Shown: one piece after another, positions 20,209-29,687 of the stretch
Layout of the letters: each line of letters begins with the position of its first letter
Position numbering within the stretch: position 1 is the stretch's first letter
Source of the DNA: Escherichia phage vB_EcoM_LMP33
Sequence record: MK482689.1
Direction: 5' to 3' (one strand)
Length of the DNA stretch: 64,000 nt
Program-made: the position numbers and the translations under genes
Notes under the pieces: generated by a model
Told to the model about the DNA's origin: nothing
Database searches by the model: none
The model's input: only the letters and a program-made list of their open reading frames with translations

Positions 20209-21101
20209 GAGAGAAAACTATGAAAACATCTATCCGTGTTACAGTTCATTCACCAACTAAAGGAACTCATGAAGAAGAGTTTAACATCATCCAATTTCCT
20301 TCTGGTGAGATTGGTGGGCACTTTTCGCCAGAGTTTGTTGATTTCACTGCTTATGCAGCATCATCCATCAACAATGTGATTATGATTGTAAAAGGTTATG
20401 ATAAGGATACATTGTTTGCTGTGGCACTTGCTAAAGAAGCAATTGATGATTTAATTCCTCATGATTATGCTTTAAAGACTGTCATCTTTTACTACTTACC
20501 AAATGCACGTTATGACCGTCACATGTTTAAAGGCGACGCAGCAGCTTTAAAGGTTTTTGCTAAACAGGTAAATGCAATGGGATTTGGTGCAGTCTGTGCA
20601 GTTGACCCTCACAGTTACGTTCCAGATAACCTGTTTAACTGCTTCCAGAGTATTCCTCAAAAGGAGATTGCAGTTCACTACGCAAATGACCCACTGATTG
20701 ATTACTTAGTAGCCCCAGATGCAGGTGCTGCTAAGAAGATTGCAGAGACTGCTAAAGAGGTGGATAAACCATACATCACAATGTCTAAGGTGCGTAACCT
20801 TAAGACTGGTGAAATTACTGGTATGCGAATCCTTGACGATGTTGATTTGACAGATAAAACTGTCATGATTCTGGATGATATTTGTGATGGAGGTCGAACC
20901 TTCATAGAAGCAGCCAAACATCTTCGTGAAGCAGGTGCAAAACGTGTGGAACTCTATGTAACTCATGGTATTTTCTCTAAAGATGTTGAAAACTTGCTTG
21001 ACAATGGTATTGACCATATCTACACTACAAACTCTTTAGGGGAAGCTAAAGACCGTGGCTTAACACATTATAGCCAAGTTACTGTAGCAAACCTTGATTA
21101 A
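20205..21101 (+). CDS. ribose-phosphate pyrophosphokinase-like protein (PRPP synthetase family; possible ADP-ribose pyrophosphokinase)
   Basis: 298 aa with a PRTase-type nucleotide-binding motif VMILDDICDGGRTF; directly upstream of a NAMPT-like gene. Confidence 0.6.
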   Translation: MREKTMKTSIRVTVHSPTKGTHEEEFNIIQFPSGEIGGHFSPEFVDFTAYAASSINNVIMIVKGYDKDTLFAVALAKEAIDDLIPHDYALKTVIFYYLPNARYDRHMFKGDAAALKVFAKQVNAMGFGAVCAVDPHSYVPDNLFNCFQSIPQKEIAVHYANDPLIDYLVAPDAGAAKKIAETAKEVDKPYITMSKVRNLKTGEITGMRILDDVDLTDKTVMILDDICDGGRTFIEAAKHLREAGAKRVELYVTHGIFSKDVENLLDNGIDHIYTTNSLGEAKDRGLTHYSQVTVANLD

Positions 21102-21146
21102 AACTTTATAGGGGCTTCCAAGCCCCATTTTGAGAGAGATTAAAAG

Positions 21147-22928
21147 ATGACTAAATCACTTTATGCAGTACCAGCAGGTTTAAATGCAGATGCTTACAAA
21201 TCTGGTCATGTTTACCAGTATCCTAGCGCAACAGAGTACTTGATGTTCAATCTGACACCACGTAGCGACAAATGGTTTAACAGCCCCTTAGCAATTGACG
21301 GTGTAGTGGCTTTTGGTATTCAACGTTTTGTTAAAGATTACTTGATAGACCACTGGAATGCCACTTTCTTTGAACGTGATAAAAAAGAAGCCATTGATGA
21401 AATCTTAGAAGTCATGAATGGTGTTCTGGGTAAAGATGCTATCGGTCGAGAGCATTGGGAAGCACTTCACGACTTAGGTTATCTACCAGTTGAAGTATAC
21501 GCTGTAGAAGAAGGCACAGTTGTTCCAATGCGTGTCCCGATGATTGTCTTTCAGAACACTGTTTCAGGTTTTCATTGGGTAGCAGGTTATCTGGAAGATG
21601 CTTTCTCTGCTGAAATTTGGAAGGCTTGCACCATTGCAACTATTGCATTGCATTACAAACGCATCTGTAAGAAGTGGGCTGACCTTACTTGTGACAATGA
21701 CTTACATTTACCTTATCAGTGCCATGATTTTGCTATGCGTGGTATGTCCGGCTTTACTGATGACGCATTTAACGCTGTAGGTCACTTAACCAGCTTTAAA
21801 GGGACTGATAGCTTCCCTGCTGTATACACGGCTAAACGAATCTATGGACAGTCCTACCCAATCTCTGATATTGGTAGTTCTGTACCAGCCACTGAGCACT
21901 CTGTAATGTGTGCAAACATTGCTTGGGAAGGTGGTAATGAGTTGATTGAAGAAGAAAGACGCTTTAAAGGTGAGTTACAAACCTTCCGTCGTTTCTTAAC
22001 AGAAACTTACCCAACAGGTATTGCAAGCATTGTTTCAGACACTTATAACTTCTGGAGAACTGTGTCAGAAATTTTACCAGCACTCCGTAAAGAAATTATG
22101 GAACGTGATGGCAAACTGGTAATTCGTCCTGACTCTGGAGACCCTGTACATATTGTCACAGGTTATAAAGCAATCCACTTAGAATGTGCTAAGAAGGCTT
22201 ATTACGAGCACCTAAGCAAGCTGGAAGCCAGTGACACAATGTTGAATGCTGTTCTTAACATGAAGCTTGAAAACATCAACTATGGTATTGCTGGATGGCT
22301 ACTGTCAGAAGGCTACGAAATGGTTGTTGATAGAGAAGACTTTGAAGTTGCTGACACAGTGATGTTGAAGAACGCTTATATGGTTGGCTCTGCAAACGTT
22401 GTAACACGCCCTGTAGCAGAGATTGATGGAGCTATTAAGACCTTGTATAACATCTTTGGAGGAACTATCAACTCTAAAGGTTTTAAGGTACTGGATGAGC
22501 ACATTGGCCTTATCTATGGCGACTCTATCACGTTGGAACGTGCAAACGAAATCCTGAAGCGCCTGTATGAAATGGGTTTTGCAAGCTCTAACGTAGTGTT
22601 TGGCGTAGGCTCTTACACTTACCAGTACATGACTCGTGACACCTTTGCATTTGCTGTCAAAGCAACCCTTGCAAGCATTGGTGGTAAAGAGATTATGCTT
22701 GCAAAAGACCCTAAAACAGATAGTGGTGTTAAGAAGTCTGCTTTTGGTGGTGTAGCACCTATGTGGGATGGTGAAAATCTGAAAGCTGTAGATGGCTATG
22801 GGTTCCAGAGCTTTGCAGATGCACTTGAACATCCAGCTTGTGCTTTACGTCTAGTCTTTAGTGACTCTGAGCAGTTCGGCTACACAACTCTTGGTGATAT
22901 TCGAAATAATATTGACAAGCAGCTTTAA
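21147..22928 (+). CDS. nicotinamide phosphoribosyltransferase-like protein (NadV/NAMPT family)
   Basis: 593 aa; N-terminus NADAYKSGHVYQYP resembles the NAMPT TDSYKxxHxxQYP signature; length fits. Confidence 0.65.
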   Translation: MTKSLYAVPAGLNADAYKSGHVYQYPSATEYLMFNLTPRSDKWFNSPLAIDGVVAFGIQRFVKDYLIDHWNATFFERDKKEAIDEILEVMNGVLGKDAIGREHWEALHDLGYLPVEVYAVEEGTVVPMRVPMIVFQNTVSGFHWVAGYLEDAFSAEIWKACTIATIALHYKRICKKWADLTCDNDLHLPYQCHDFAMRGMSGFTDDAFNAVGHLTSFKGTDSFPAVYTAKRIYGQSYPISDIGSSVPATEHSVMCANIAWEGGNELIEEERRFKGELQTFRRFLTETYPTGIASIVSDTYNFWRTVSEILPALRKEIMERDGKLVIRPDSGDPVHIVTGYKAIHLECAKKAYYEHLSKLEASDTMLNAVLNMKLENINYGIAGWLLSEGYEMVVDREDFEVADTVMLKNAYMVGSANVVTRPVAEIDGAIKTLYNIFGGTINSKGFKVLDEHIGLIYGDSITLERANEILKRLYEMGFASSNVVFGVGSYTYQYMTRDTFAFAVKATLASIGGKEIMLAKDPKTDSGVKKSAFGGVAPMWDGENLKAVDGYGFQSFADALEHPACALRLVFSDSEQFGYTTLGDIRNNIDKQL

Positions 22929-22942
22929 AAGTATATGATAAG

Positions 22943-22965
22943 AGGCTCCTACGGGAGCCTTTTTA
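22943..22965 (+). terminator. intrinsic terminator (AGGCTCC-TACG-GGAGCCT + TTTT)
   Basis: Perfect hairpin and T-run after the NAMPT-like gene. Confidence 0.6.
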
Positions 22966-22981
22966 ATTTCTGGAGAAGATT

Positions 22982-23317
22982 ATGAAAATCAAAGAGATGA
23001 ACATCAACATCGTCTTAGAGGAACGTTGGGAGAACATCAAGAAACCTGAAAATGGTCATAAGTTCCTTAACAAAATTTTAGTAGCAGCTAAAGAAGAACT
23101 GACTGGTAAGATTGCAGCAGCAATCACAATAAAGGTCTGTGTAAAAGGTCTTCCAGACAATCACCAATTTGCACTTGACGAGTTTAAAGAAAGCTTCTAC
23201 AATCCAAATAAACAGATGCTTGAAAGTAACTTTGCAGTATCTACAAGTATCGTCCATGACAGAAGCTTTATCCTTTACAAGAATATGAGAGGTGAGTCAT
23301 GCAAGCATATTGGATAG
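22982..23317 (+). CDS. hypothetical protein
   Basis: 111-aa ORF. Confidence 0.3.
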   Translation: MKIKEMNINIVLEERWENIKKPENGHKFLNKILVAAKEELTGKIAAAITIKVCVKGLPDNHQFALDEFKESFYNPNKQMLESNFAVSTSIVHDRSFILYKNMRGESCKHIG

Positions 23318-23475
23318 AAATTTTACTGTCACTCGGTAGTGTAGCAGTTCTTGTTTATCTTCTTTGTAAGTACTTTGCAGAACACAAGAAGTGTGACTAC
23401 TGTAACGGAGAAGGGTATACAAGAGCAGGTTGTTGCCCTATGTGTGGTGGTTCTGGTAAAATGTTTAATAAGTAA
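23299..23475 (+). CDS. small membrane-anchored protein with DnaJ-type zinc-finger repeats (58 aa)
   Basis: N-terminal hydrophobic helix then two CxxCxGxG repeats (CDYCNGEG, CPMCGGSG); below track cutoff. Confidence 0.3.
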   Translation: MQAYWIEILLSLGSVAVLVYLLCKYFAEHKKCDYCNGEGYTRAGCCPMCGGSGKMFNK

Positions 23476-23503
23476 TTTAACAGTAAACTAAGAGGAAAGT
23501 ATT

Positions 23504-25870
23504 ATGCGCATGGTAAATGACCACGCAGAAGTGATTAAGAGTTCAACTTCTTTAGAGACGTCTCAAGCACAGATTACAATGACACCTGAAATGTTCAGCC
23601 TTTTGAGTTCTGGTGTATATACCTTTAAAGAAAGGGCAGTGATTCGTGAACTGTCATGTAACGCAGTAGATGCTCAGAAAGAAGCTGGAAAAGAGAATAT
23701 CCCGTTCCATGTGCATTTACCTACTCGTTTTGAACCTTACTTTGAAGTCCGTGATTTTGGAACTGGATTGACTCATGATAAAGTTATGAGTTTGTACCTA
23801 AACTACGGGGCTTCTACGAAGAATGACTCTAATGACTACATTGGTGCAATGGGTATCGGCTCAAAATCTCCATTTGCAATTGCTCAGTCATTCACAGTGT
23901 CTAGCTATGTTGACGGTGTTGTTAATAAGTACTCTGTTTATCTTGAGAATGGTATCCCTCAAGTAACTAAGCTTACCACTAACCCAACAAAAGAACCTAA
24001 TGGTTTAGCTGTACGTGTGGCAGTTGCTGACCACCGTATTTCAAAGTTCTTTGAAGAGGCTGGTAATGTATACTCATACTTTGCTGTAAAACCAGAGAGT
24101 AATGTGGAGTATAATGATATATTAGCAGATATGGATGTGATTGCTCGTGAAGAAGGTGTCTATGATGCCATGACTCATAAGCATAGCTGGCGTTCAAGCA
24201 GCAATAGAACAGAGTTTAACGTGGTTATGGGTAATATTGCCTACCCAGTTAATATGGAGGCATTACTTGGTGATGATTTCTTCAAAGTATTACCAGAATT
24301 TTTCCGCAGGAGCGTAGACCTTGTAAACATCTACATGCCTATTGGTTCAGTTGCTATTGCAGCTTCTCGTGAAGCATTGCAGATGAATGACACGACAAAA
24401 AATGTTATCATTGAGGCTACTAAAAAGATAACTGAAGCCATTACAAAGGATGTTATCAAGAAAGTTAATAGCCAACCTACACTCATGGATGCTGCACAGG
24501 CTTATGCTGAGTTACGTTTGAACTCACGAGAGATGTTTAATGCTGTGTGTCCAAAGCTAGAGTGGGGTGGTGTTAAGCTTGATTCTCTGGAAGAAGAATT
24601 ACTAAACATTCGTCGTGGAATTATCTACGCAGAAGACGGCTCAGTCATTTATGAACGTGACGGTAAAGGTAATATTAAGGTTGATAGGAACGGGAACAAT
24701 ATACCTAAAGTAGATTATCTTTATGACCCAGTTGCTTATGTCAAGTTCAACTCTTTAGAGAGTAAGATTCGTGCAACATCGCTTTCCTACACTCAAGAGG
24801 CAAGTATGTTCAATATCTTTGGCGCAATGCGTAAAAGCCAAATTGAACAGTTTTTGTTTGTTATAAATGACCGTCGCAATAAAAATGGTACTGAGAAAAC
24901 TGTAGGACGCAATCAAATCTTGCGTGGTGCATGTCGAGACTATGCCAGTGAGTCTAGTCTGTTTCACAGATACAATGGTATTGTCTTTGTATTCTCGACT
25001 GAAAAAGAGTTAGACGACCTAATCAATCTGCACAAACTTGATAAAAGCTTGTTAAAGATTGTGAAGATGTCTGATAAGGAACACCATTATCAGCGTAAAG
25101 AAGCTGTAAGAGGTGTTGTAAAACTCTGGAAAGCTGTTCCAGCAGAAGGTGTAGCTTCCTATAAAGAGGTTTCAGAGGACTTTGATACAATTGAAGAACC
25201 TCAGCTTTACATTAAGGCAGTTGGTGACACAGTTGATGGCGAATGTTTTTGCTCATCTCCAGAAGATGTAGCTAAGTCAGTTGCTAATGTTACAGGTAAG
25301 ACAGTCTATGTTTTCCGAAAAGCAAATTGGAAAAAGATACCAGAAGACTGGATTGAAGTAGATGAGAAGCTCTTGAACGACAGCTTAACTGATGTTCATT
25401 GGATTAATCATAACAGGTATATGACACGTATCTATATGAATGGTGTCCTCGACCTTACAAGCAGTTGGATTATTGCCAGAAACTTTACGTTCAATAACAG
25501 GAAGATTTCTCGTGGCTATTGTTATTCACGGGATACAAACAAAACTATCTTCTTAGAAGGCAATGAAGATGCTGTAGAGGCAATGTTTGGTAAAATCCAA
25601 TACGTTGCTGCACCGTTTGCATATACTTACACTATTAGTAGGTTGCAAACTTTGAAAGACTGCCTTGACAATGATACAAAGCTGTACAAGAAAATTAAGA
25701 AAGCTGGTGACCGTATGGTCATTAAGGTGACAAACTACCTTTCAAAAAGAAAACAAGAAAACTTCTTGCTTTCTCATTTAGATTGGAATAAAGTGTCACC
25801 CATCGAAGTGAGTAAGTTCTTAGGCTTTGATGTGAAGTGTGTTCCAGAAGGGACTACAATTTACGATTAA
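23504..25870 (+). CDS. rIIA: rIIA-like protein (GHKL/Bergerat-type ATPase N-terminal domain)
   Basis: 788 aa immediately upstream of a clear rIIB homolog; N-terminal region has GHKL-like motifs (ELSCNAVDA; RDFGTGLT; GAMGIGSKS). Confidence 0.6.
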   Translation: MRMVNDHAEVIKSSTSLETSQAQITMTPEMFSLLSSGVYTFKERAVIRELSCNAVDAQKEAGKENIPFHVHLPTRFEPYFEVRDFGTGLTHDKVMSLYLNYGASTKNDSNDYIGAMGIGSKSPFAIAQSFTVSSYVDGVVNKYSVYLENGIPQVTKLTTNPTKEPNGLAVRVAVADHRISKFFEEAGNVYSYFAVKPESNVEYNDILADMDVIAREEGVYDAMTHKHSWRSSSNRTEFNVVMGNIAYPVNMEALLGDDFFKVLPEFFRRSVDLVNIYMPIGSVAIAASREALQMNDTTKNVIIEATKKITEAITKDVIKKVNSQPTLMDAAQAYAELRLNSREMFNAVCPKLEWGGVKLDSLEEELLNIRRGIIYAEDGSVIYERDGKGNIKVDRNGNNIPKVDYLYDPVAYVKFNSLESKIRATSLSYTQEASMFNIFGAMRKSQIEQFLFVINDRRNKNGTEKTVGRNQILRGACRDYASESSLFHRYNGIVFVFSTEKELDDLINLHKLDKSLLKIVKMSDKEHHYQRKEAVRGVVKLWKAVPAEGVASYKEVSEDFDTIEEPQLYIKAVGDTVDGECFCSSPEDVAKSVANVTGKTVYVFRKANWKKIPEDWIEVDEKLLNDSLTDVHWINHNRYMTRIYMNGVLDLTSSWIIARNFTFNNRKISRGYCYSRDTNKTIFLEGNEDAVEAMFGKIQYVAAPFAYTYTISRLQTLKDCLDNDTKLYKKIKKAGDRMVIKVTNYLSKRKQENFLLSHLDWNKVSPIEVSKFLGFDVKCVPEGTTIYD

Positions 25871-25949
25871 AGTGTTTGACAAGGGGCTTCAAAGCCCCTT
25901 AGAATAGCATTACAAAATGATTTATTAACTAACAAGAGAGAGTAATAAG

Positions 25950-27059
25950 ATGACTACTAAAACTAAAGCACAGATTGACGCAGAAATTTACGAACTGGTT
26001 AAAGAAGGTAAGCTGACTAAAACAGCTATCGCACAGAAGTTCAATACTTCAACCCGTTCAGTTGGTCGTGCTGTAGAGCGTCATGAAGCAACCTTAAAAG
26101 GTAAGAAAAAGGCAACTTCTAAGCCAGCTAAGAAGACCCTAAAGCAAGTTGCTAAGTCAGTTAAAAAGAAAACTGGCAAACCAGTTGAAAAGGTTGTTAA
26201 AGAGGCTGTACAGAAAGCTCCAGTAAATAAACTGCATGAAGCTATGCAGAAAGATGACAAGATTGAGTACATGATTACTGGTGACTCTGTAATTATGACT
26301 TACGGTTCAGAGTCTGAAATTGTTGAATCTACTCATCCGAACTATCAAGAGATTGTAGTTCATGTTGTGAAAGGTGAGTTTAAGAAAGCCTTTGAACTGA
26401 TGAACATTCGTAAGTCTATCGAAAACTTCACTCAGGGTGCTATCACAATCAAAGGTGACAAGCTATTCTACGGTGCTGTTGAGATGCGTTCTACTCTGGT
26501 TGACCGTATTCTTCACATGATGAAAACTGGCGATAAAGGTTTTGAACGACTTGTAATGTTCTTCGAAAAACTGATGGAAAACCCATCTAAAGATTCTGTA
26601 GAACAACTTTGGGGATTTGTATCTCACCTTGATGTTGAGATTGATGAAGAAGGCTACATCATTGGTTGGAAGAAAGTCTCTACTCGTGAAGGCAAGCTGG
26701 TTGACTCTCACACCTACAAAGTGCCTAATGATTTGGGTAACATTGTAGAAATGCCACGTTGGATGGTTGATAATAACCGTAACGTAACTTGCTCTCAAGG
26801 TCTTCATGTTGGTGCTTGGGATTATGTTCGTTGCTTCTCAGGTGATACAATCCTGAAGGTTCGCGTACATCCACGAGATGTTGTATCTGTTCCAACTGAT
26901 TACAACGATATGAAGATGCGTTCCTCTCGTTATGAAGTTGCAGCAATCGTTGATAATCAACGTAAAGTGCTGGAAGCATGGGACGGTAAGACTGAAGCTT
27001 TGCATGTCATCGTTGGCACTGCTGGTGAACTCATCTCTCAACGTAAACGTGAAATCTAA
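25950..27059 (+). CDS. rIIB: rIIB-like protein
   Basis: Strong resemblance to T4 rIIB as recalled from memory (GLHVGAWDYVRCFSG...VRVHPRDVVSVPTDYNDMKMRSSRYEV cf. T4 VKVHPRDVVSIPIDYNDAKMRTCQYEV). Confidence 0.7.
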   Translation: MTTKTKAQIDAEIYELVKEGKLTKTAIAQKFNTSTRSVGRAVERHEATLKGKKKATSKPAKKTLKQVAKSVKKKTGKPVEKVVKEAVQKAPVNKLHEAMQKDDKIEYMITGDSVIMTYGSESEIVESTHPNYQEIVVHVVKGEFKKAFELMNIRKSIENFTQGAITIKGDKLFYGAVEMRSTLVDRILHMMKTGDKGFERLVMFFEKLMENPSKDSVEQLWGFVSHLDVEIDEEGYIIGWKKVSTREGKLVDSHTYKVPNDLGNIVEMPRWMVDNNRNVTCSQGLHVGAWDYVRCFSGDTILKVRVHPRDVVSVPTDYNDMKMRSSRYEVAAIVDNQRKVLEAWDGKTEALHVIVGTAGELISQRKREI

Positions 27060-27076
27060 TAAGTAATTTCTTAAAA

Positions 27077-27098
27077 GGCTGCTTCGGCGGCCTTTTTT
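27077..27098 (+). terminator. intrinsic terminator (GGCTGC-TTCG-GCGGCC + TTTTTT)
   Basis: Hairpin with UUCG loop and T-run after rIIB. Confidence 0.6.
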
Positions 27099-27159
27099 AT
27101 TTGTATTTTGTGCAGAGTGCTGTATAATTGTTGTCACGATAAACTAAACAGGAGAACCA

Positions 27160-27708
27160 ATGAAGAAATTGATTCTAGGTTTGTGCTTAATGTTTACAGC
27201 ACACTTATCTTATGCAGTTGACTGCCCAGAGCTATCAATTAGCCAAAAAGTAAACATGTTAAAAGCTTACCAGTATGGTGAGAATAACATGGGTAAAGGT
27301 TGGGGTATCACTCTAGCTGCTATAGCCTTACAAGAGTCAGAGTTAGGTCTGAAGGTAGAGAATAAAAAGACACATGATTATGGTATTTTCCAGAATCACT
27401 TGAAGACTGTTGTAAAGCGTAACAAAATTAGTCCTAATGTGGCTAAAAAGAAACTCTTAAGAGACTTTGACTATGCTGCAAAGGAAACGCACAAAGAACT
27501 TGAATTTTGGACAAAGGTGCATGGTCAGCCAAAGTCAAAGAAAACTTTACAAAAAGTTTTAGCATCATATAATGCTGGGTATTCGTACAGAATCCCTAAA
27601 GCTAAGAAATATTCTCAAGATGTCTATAACAACATGAAAGTTATTGCTCAATGTGAATTTGCAACAAACATTTCTAAGGTAAATCATGAAAAAATTAAGA
27701 AAGTCTGA
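27160..27708 (+). CDS. secreted protein with lytic transglycosylase (SLT)-like motif
   Basis: Signal-peptide-like N-terminus MKKLILGLCLMFTAHLSYA; AIALQESELG...DYGIFQN resembles the SLT catalytic E-S...G-x-x-Q region. Confidence 0.4.
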   Translation: MKKLILGLCLMFTAHLSYAVDCPELSISQKVNMLKAYQYGENNMGKGWGITLAAIALQESELGLKVENKKTHDYGIFQNHLKTVVKRNKISPNVAKKKLLRDFDYAAKETHKELEFWTKVHGQPKSKKTLQKVLASYNAGYSYRIPKAKKYSQDVYNNMKVIAQCEFATNISKVNHEKIKKV

Positions 27709-28381
27709 TGAAGTACTGTGTCATGCTTATGACTTACATCCTCATGAGTTAGGTCTTGATTCCTGTGTATGGACTCCAGAACAGTGTAGGGATTTTGAAG
27801 ATACCGCAAGAGAAGTTGTATGTTCACTCGAAGAGTTCCACACATTAGAGACAATTGTGAATGTTGTAGATAAAGAGACTGGACAAACTATAGGTGTAAG
27901 GCGTGACAGCTTAGTCATAGTCAATAAAGACCTTGTAGAAAAAGGTAACCTTATCTTAGCAGACATTGATGGTGTTCTTACAAATTTTAATCACGAAGAT
28001 TACTCAACGGAATTGATTGATGGGTCATTTTCACAGTACACTAATTTGCTTGACTCTGTAAGAGCAAAACCAACGTATGTTTTCAATATTATTGATGCAA
28101 TTGCTAATCATGCCGCCATTGGACTCTTGACAGCGAGAGGTGAATCTCAGAGAATACCTACTGAGATGTTTTTAAGGCATTACATAGAGCATGATTACAT
28201 GCTTTTTATGCGTGGTTTTGGGACTAACTCTATAAGTGCAGAAAGTTTGAAAGTGAGGATGATTCAGTCTTGCATTCTGCCTTACTTTAATATAGTATGT
28301 TTTATAGAAGACACAGAGAAGAATGTGCAAAAGGTGAACAGAATCCTTCCACACATTAAAACCATGTTAGTTAAACATTGA
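27686..28381 (+). CDS. HAD-superfamily-like hydrolase (putative phosphatase/nucleotidase)
   Basis: LADIDGVLTNF resembles HAD motif I (DxDG[TV]); weaker motif II/IV candidates. Confidence 0.3.
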   Translation: MKKLRKSDEVLCHAYDLHPHELGLDSCVWTPEQCRDFEDTAREVVCSLEEFHTLETIVNVVDKETGQTIGVRRDSLVIVNKDLVEKGNLILADIDGVLTNFNHEDYSTELIDGSFSQYTNLLDSVRAKPTYVFNIIDAIANHAAIGLLTARGESQRIPTEMFLRHYIEHDYMLFMRGFGTNSISAESLKVRMIQSCILPYFNIVCFIEDTEKNVQKVNRILPHIKTMLVKH

Positions 28382-28391
28382 GAGAAAACTT

Positions 28392-28856
28392 ATGAACAAT
28401 ATCATTACGGTAGCACTGGACGATACGGTAAACAAATCCGCAGTAGTTCGTAAAATGATTCAAGGTAACTTTGAAGGTAAAATTTTTCGTGCTGTTAATG
28501 TAAAAGCTGATGGCAGCATTCGTGAATATCGTGCATTGTTGAACGTTAAGAAGCACGTAAAAGGTGTTGGTTCAACGACTGCACACAAAGAAAACCTGAT
28601 GACTATCTATGATATGGGTAAGGCTTCAGAGTTAGGTGCTGAAGGTATCGTTAAAGAAGGTGCTCCGTATCGCTCTTTCAATCTGGAAACTACTCTTATG
28701 CTTTCCTTTACAAGTGGTTCCAAAACAATCACTTATCTCTTTACTGATGCTGCAACGGTATCTGCTATTAAGGATAGCACTGTCAAAGCTGGCGTAGTTG
28801 CTGCTGCAAAAGCTTCTTCGATGGCTGCGAATATCCTTGCTAAAGTCCTCGGTTAA
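28392..28856 (+). CDS. hypothetical protein
   Basis: 154-aa ORF followed by terminator. Confidence 0.35.
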   Translation: MNNIITVALDDTVNKSAVVRKMIQGNFEGKIFRAVNVKADGSIREYRALLNVKKHVKGVGSTTAHKENLMTIYDMGKASELGAEGIVKEGAPYRSFNLETTLMLSFTSGSKTITYLFTDAATVSAIKDSTVKAGVVAAAKASSMAANILAKVLG

Positions 28857-28867
28857 GGTTAAGATAC

Positions 28868-28890
28868 AGGCTCCTTCGGGAGCCTTTTTC
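28868..28890 (+). terminator. intrinsic terminator (AGGCTCC-TTCG-GGAGCCT + TTTTT)
   Basis: Perfect hairpin and T-run. Confidence 0.65.
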
Positions 28891-28908
28891 ATTTCAGGAG
28901 ATTGTTAA

Positions 28909-29256
28909 ATGACATTTAAAGAGTTCTGTCAAGCTACTTTCATAATTGTTTTCTTAGTTGGGGCGGGTGTCTGGGGAGGGTACTCTTACAGAGACTACCA
29001 AGTTGCTGAAACTGAGCTAAACAATCAAAAGCTCATAAGTGTTGCTAAAGATGCTTATCAGGAAGGATTAGTTACACTGAGCGCCAATTACAAAAATGAT
29101 TTGAAAGATGTGCTTGCTAAGAATAAGCACACAAAAGAGGTACTAACATATGAAAAAACTAAGCCAGAGTTTTATAATGTTTGTGTTACTGATAATTATG
29201 TCAGGATGTTCAACGAACAAAGTGAACAGTACATTCAAAAACTCCCAAGTAAGTGA
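28909..29256 (+). CDS. candidate i-spanin (type II inner-membrane protein)
   Basis: 115 aa, single N-terminal TM helix (FIIVFLVGAGVWGGYSY) then charged helical region; its 3' end overlaps a lipoprotein ORF in another frame. Confidence 0.35.
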   Translation: MTFKEFCQATFIIVFLVGAGVWGGYSYRDYQVAETELNNQKLISVAKDAYQEGLVTLSANYKNDLKDVLAKNKHTKEVLTYEKTKPEFYNVCVTDNYVRMFNEQSEQYIQKLPSK

Positions 29257-29419
29257 GAGTGATAAGTACACTCAAGAAGAATCACGGTATATCATCAAAG
29301 GCAACACAGGCAGTGATGTAGCAGCAGCACTTGAGTTCTACCGTGACGGCTTTTACCAGTGTACAATTAAAGCTAATAACCTTATTGACATGATTTTATT
29401 AGGGAATAAGCAGCAATGA
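29150..29419 (+). CDS. candidate o-spanin (outer-membrane lipoprotein), overlapped architecture
   Basis: 89 aa starting MKKLSQSFIMFVLLIIMSGCSTN (signal peptide with lipobox-like MSGC); starts inside the i-spanin candidate in a different frame. Confidence 0.35.
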   Translation: MKKLSQSFIMFVLLIIMSGCSTNKVNSTFKNSQVSESDKYTQEESRYIIKGNTGSDVAAALEFYRDGFYQCTIKANNLIDMILLGNKQQ

Positions 29420-29685
29420 CAGAGAATCAAGACACTTTCTATGTAGAAGGTTACTTACTGTTGCCACGACCAAAAGAAACTTATATGCGAATCGATTTCT
29501 TACCAACCATTATGGATAATGTGATGTGTCATATCTTTATGCAAGGTGTCACAGCACAGCTTAAGCATGTTGGTAAAGATTGCAAAATAAAGGTTGACAC
29601 TCATCCAGAAATCAAAGAGAATCACTACACATGGTTCTTACCAGATTCTAAAGAAATCTTAGCAGTTCTTAAAACGAGGAAGTAA
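29416..29685 (+). CDS. hypothetical protein
   Basis: 89-aa ORF. Confidence 0.3.
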   Translation: MTENQDTFYVEGYLLLPRPKETYMRIDFLPTIMDNVMCHIFMQGVTAQLKHVGKDCKIKVDTHPEIKENHYTWFLPDSKEILAVLKTRK

Positions 29686-29687
29686 CT

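Noticed and set aside
22305-22832. 175-aa minus-strand ORF within the NAMPT-like gene
   Set aside because: Antisense to a well-supported gene; Cys-rich composition typical of a spurious reverse frame.
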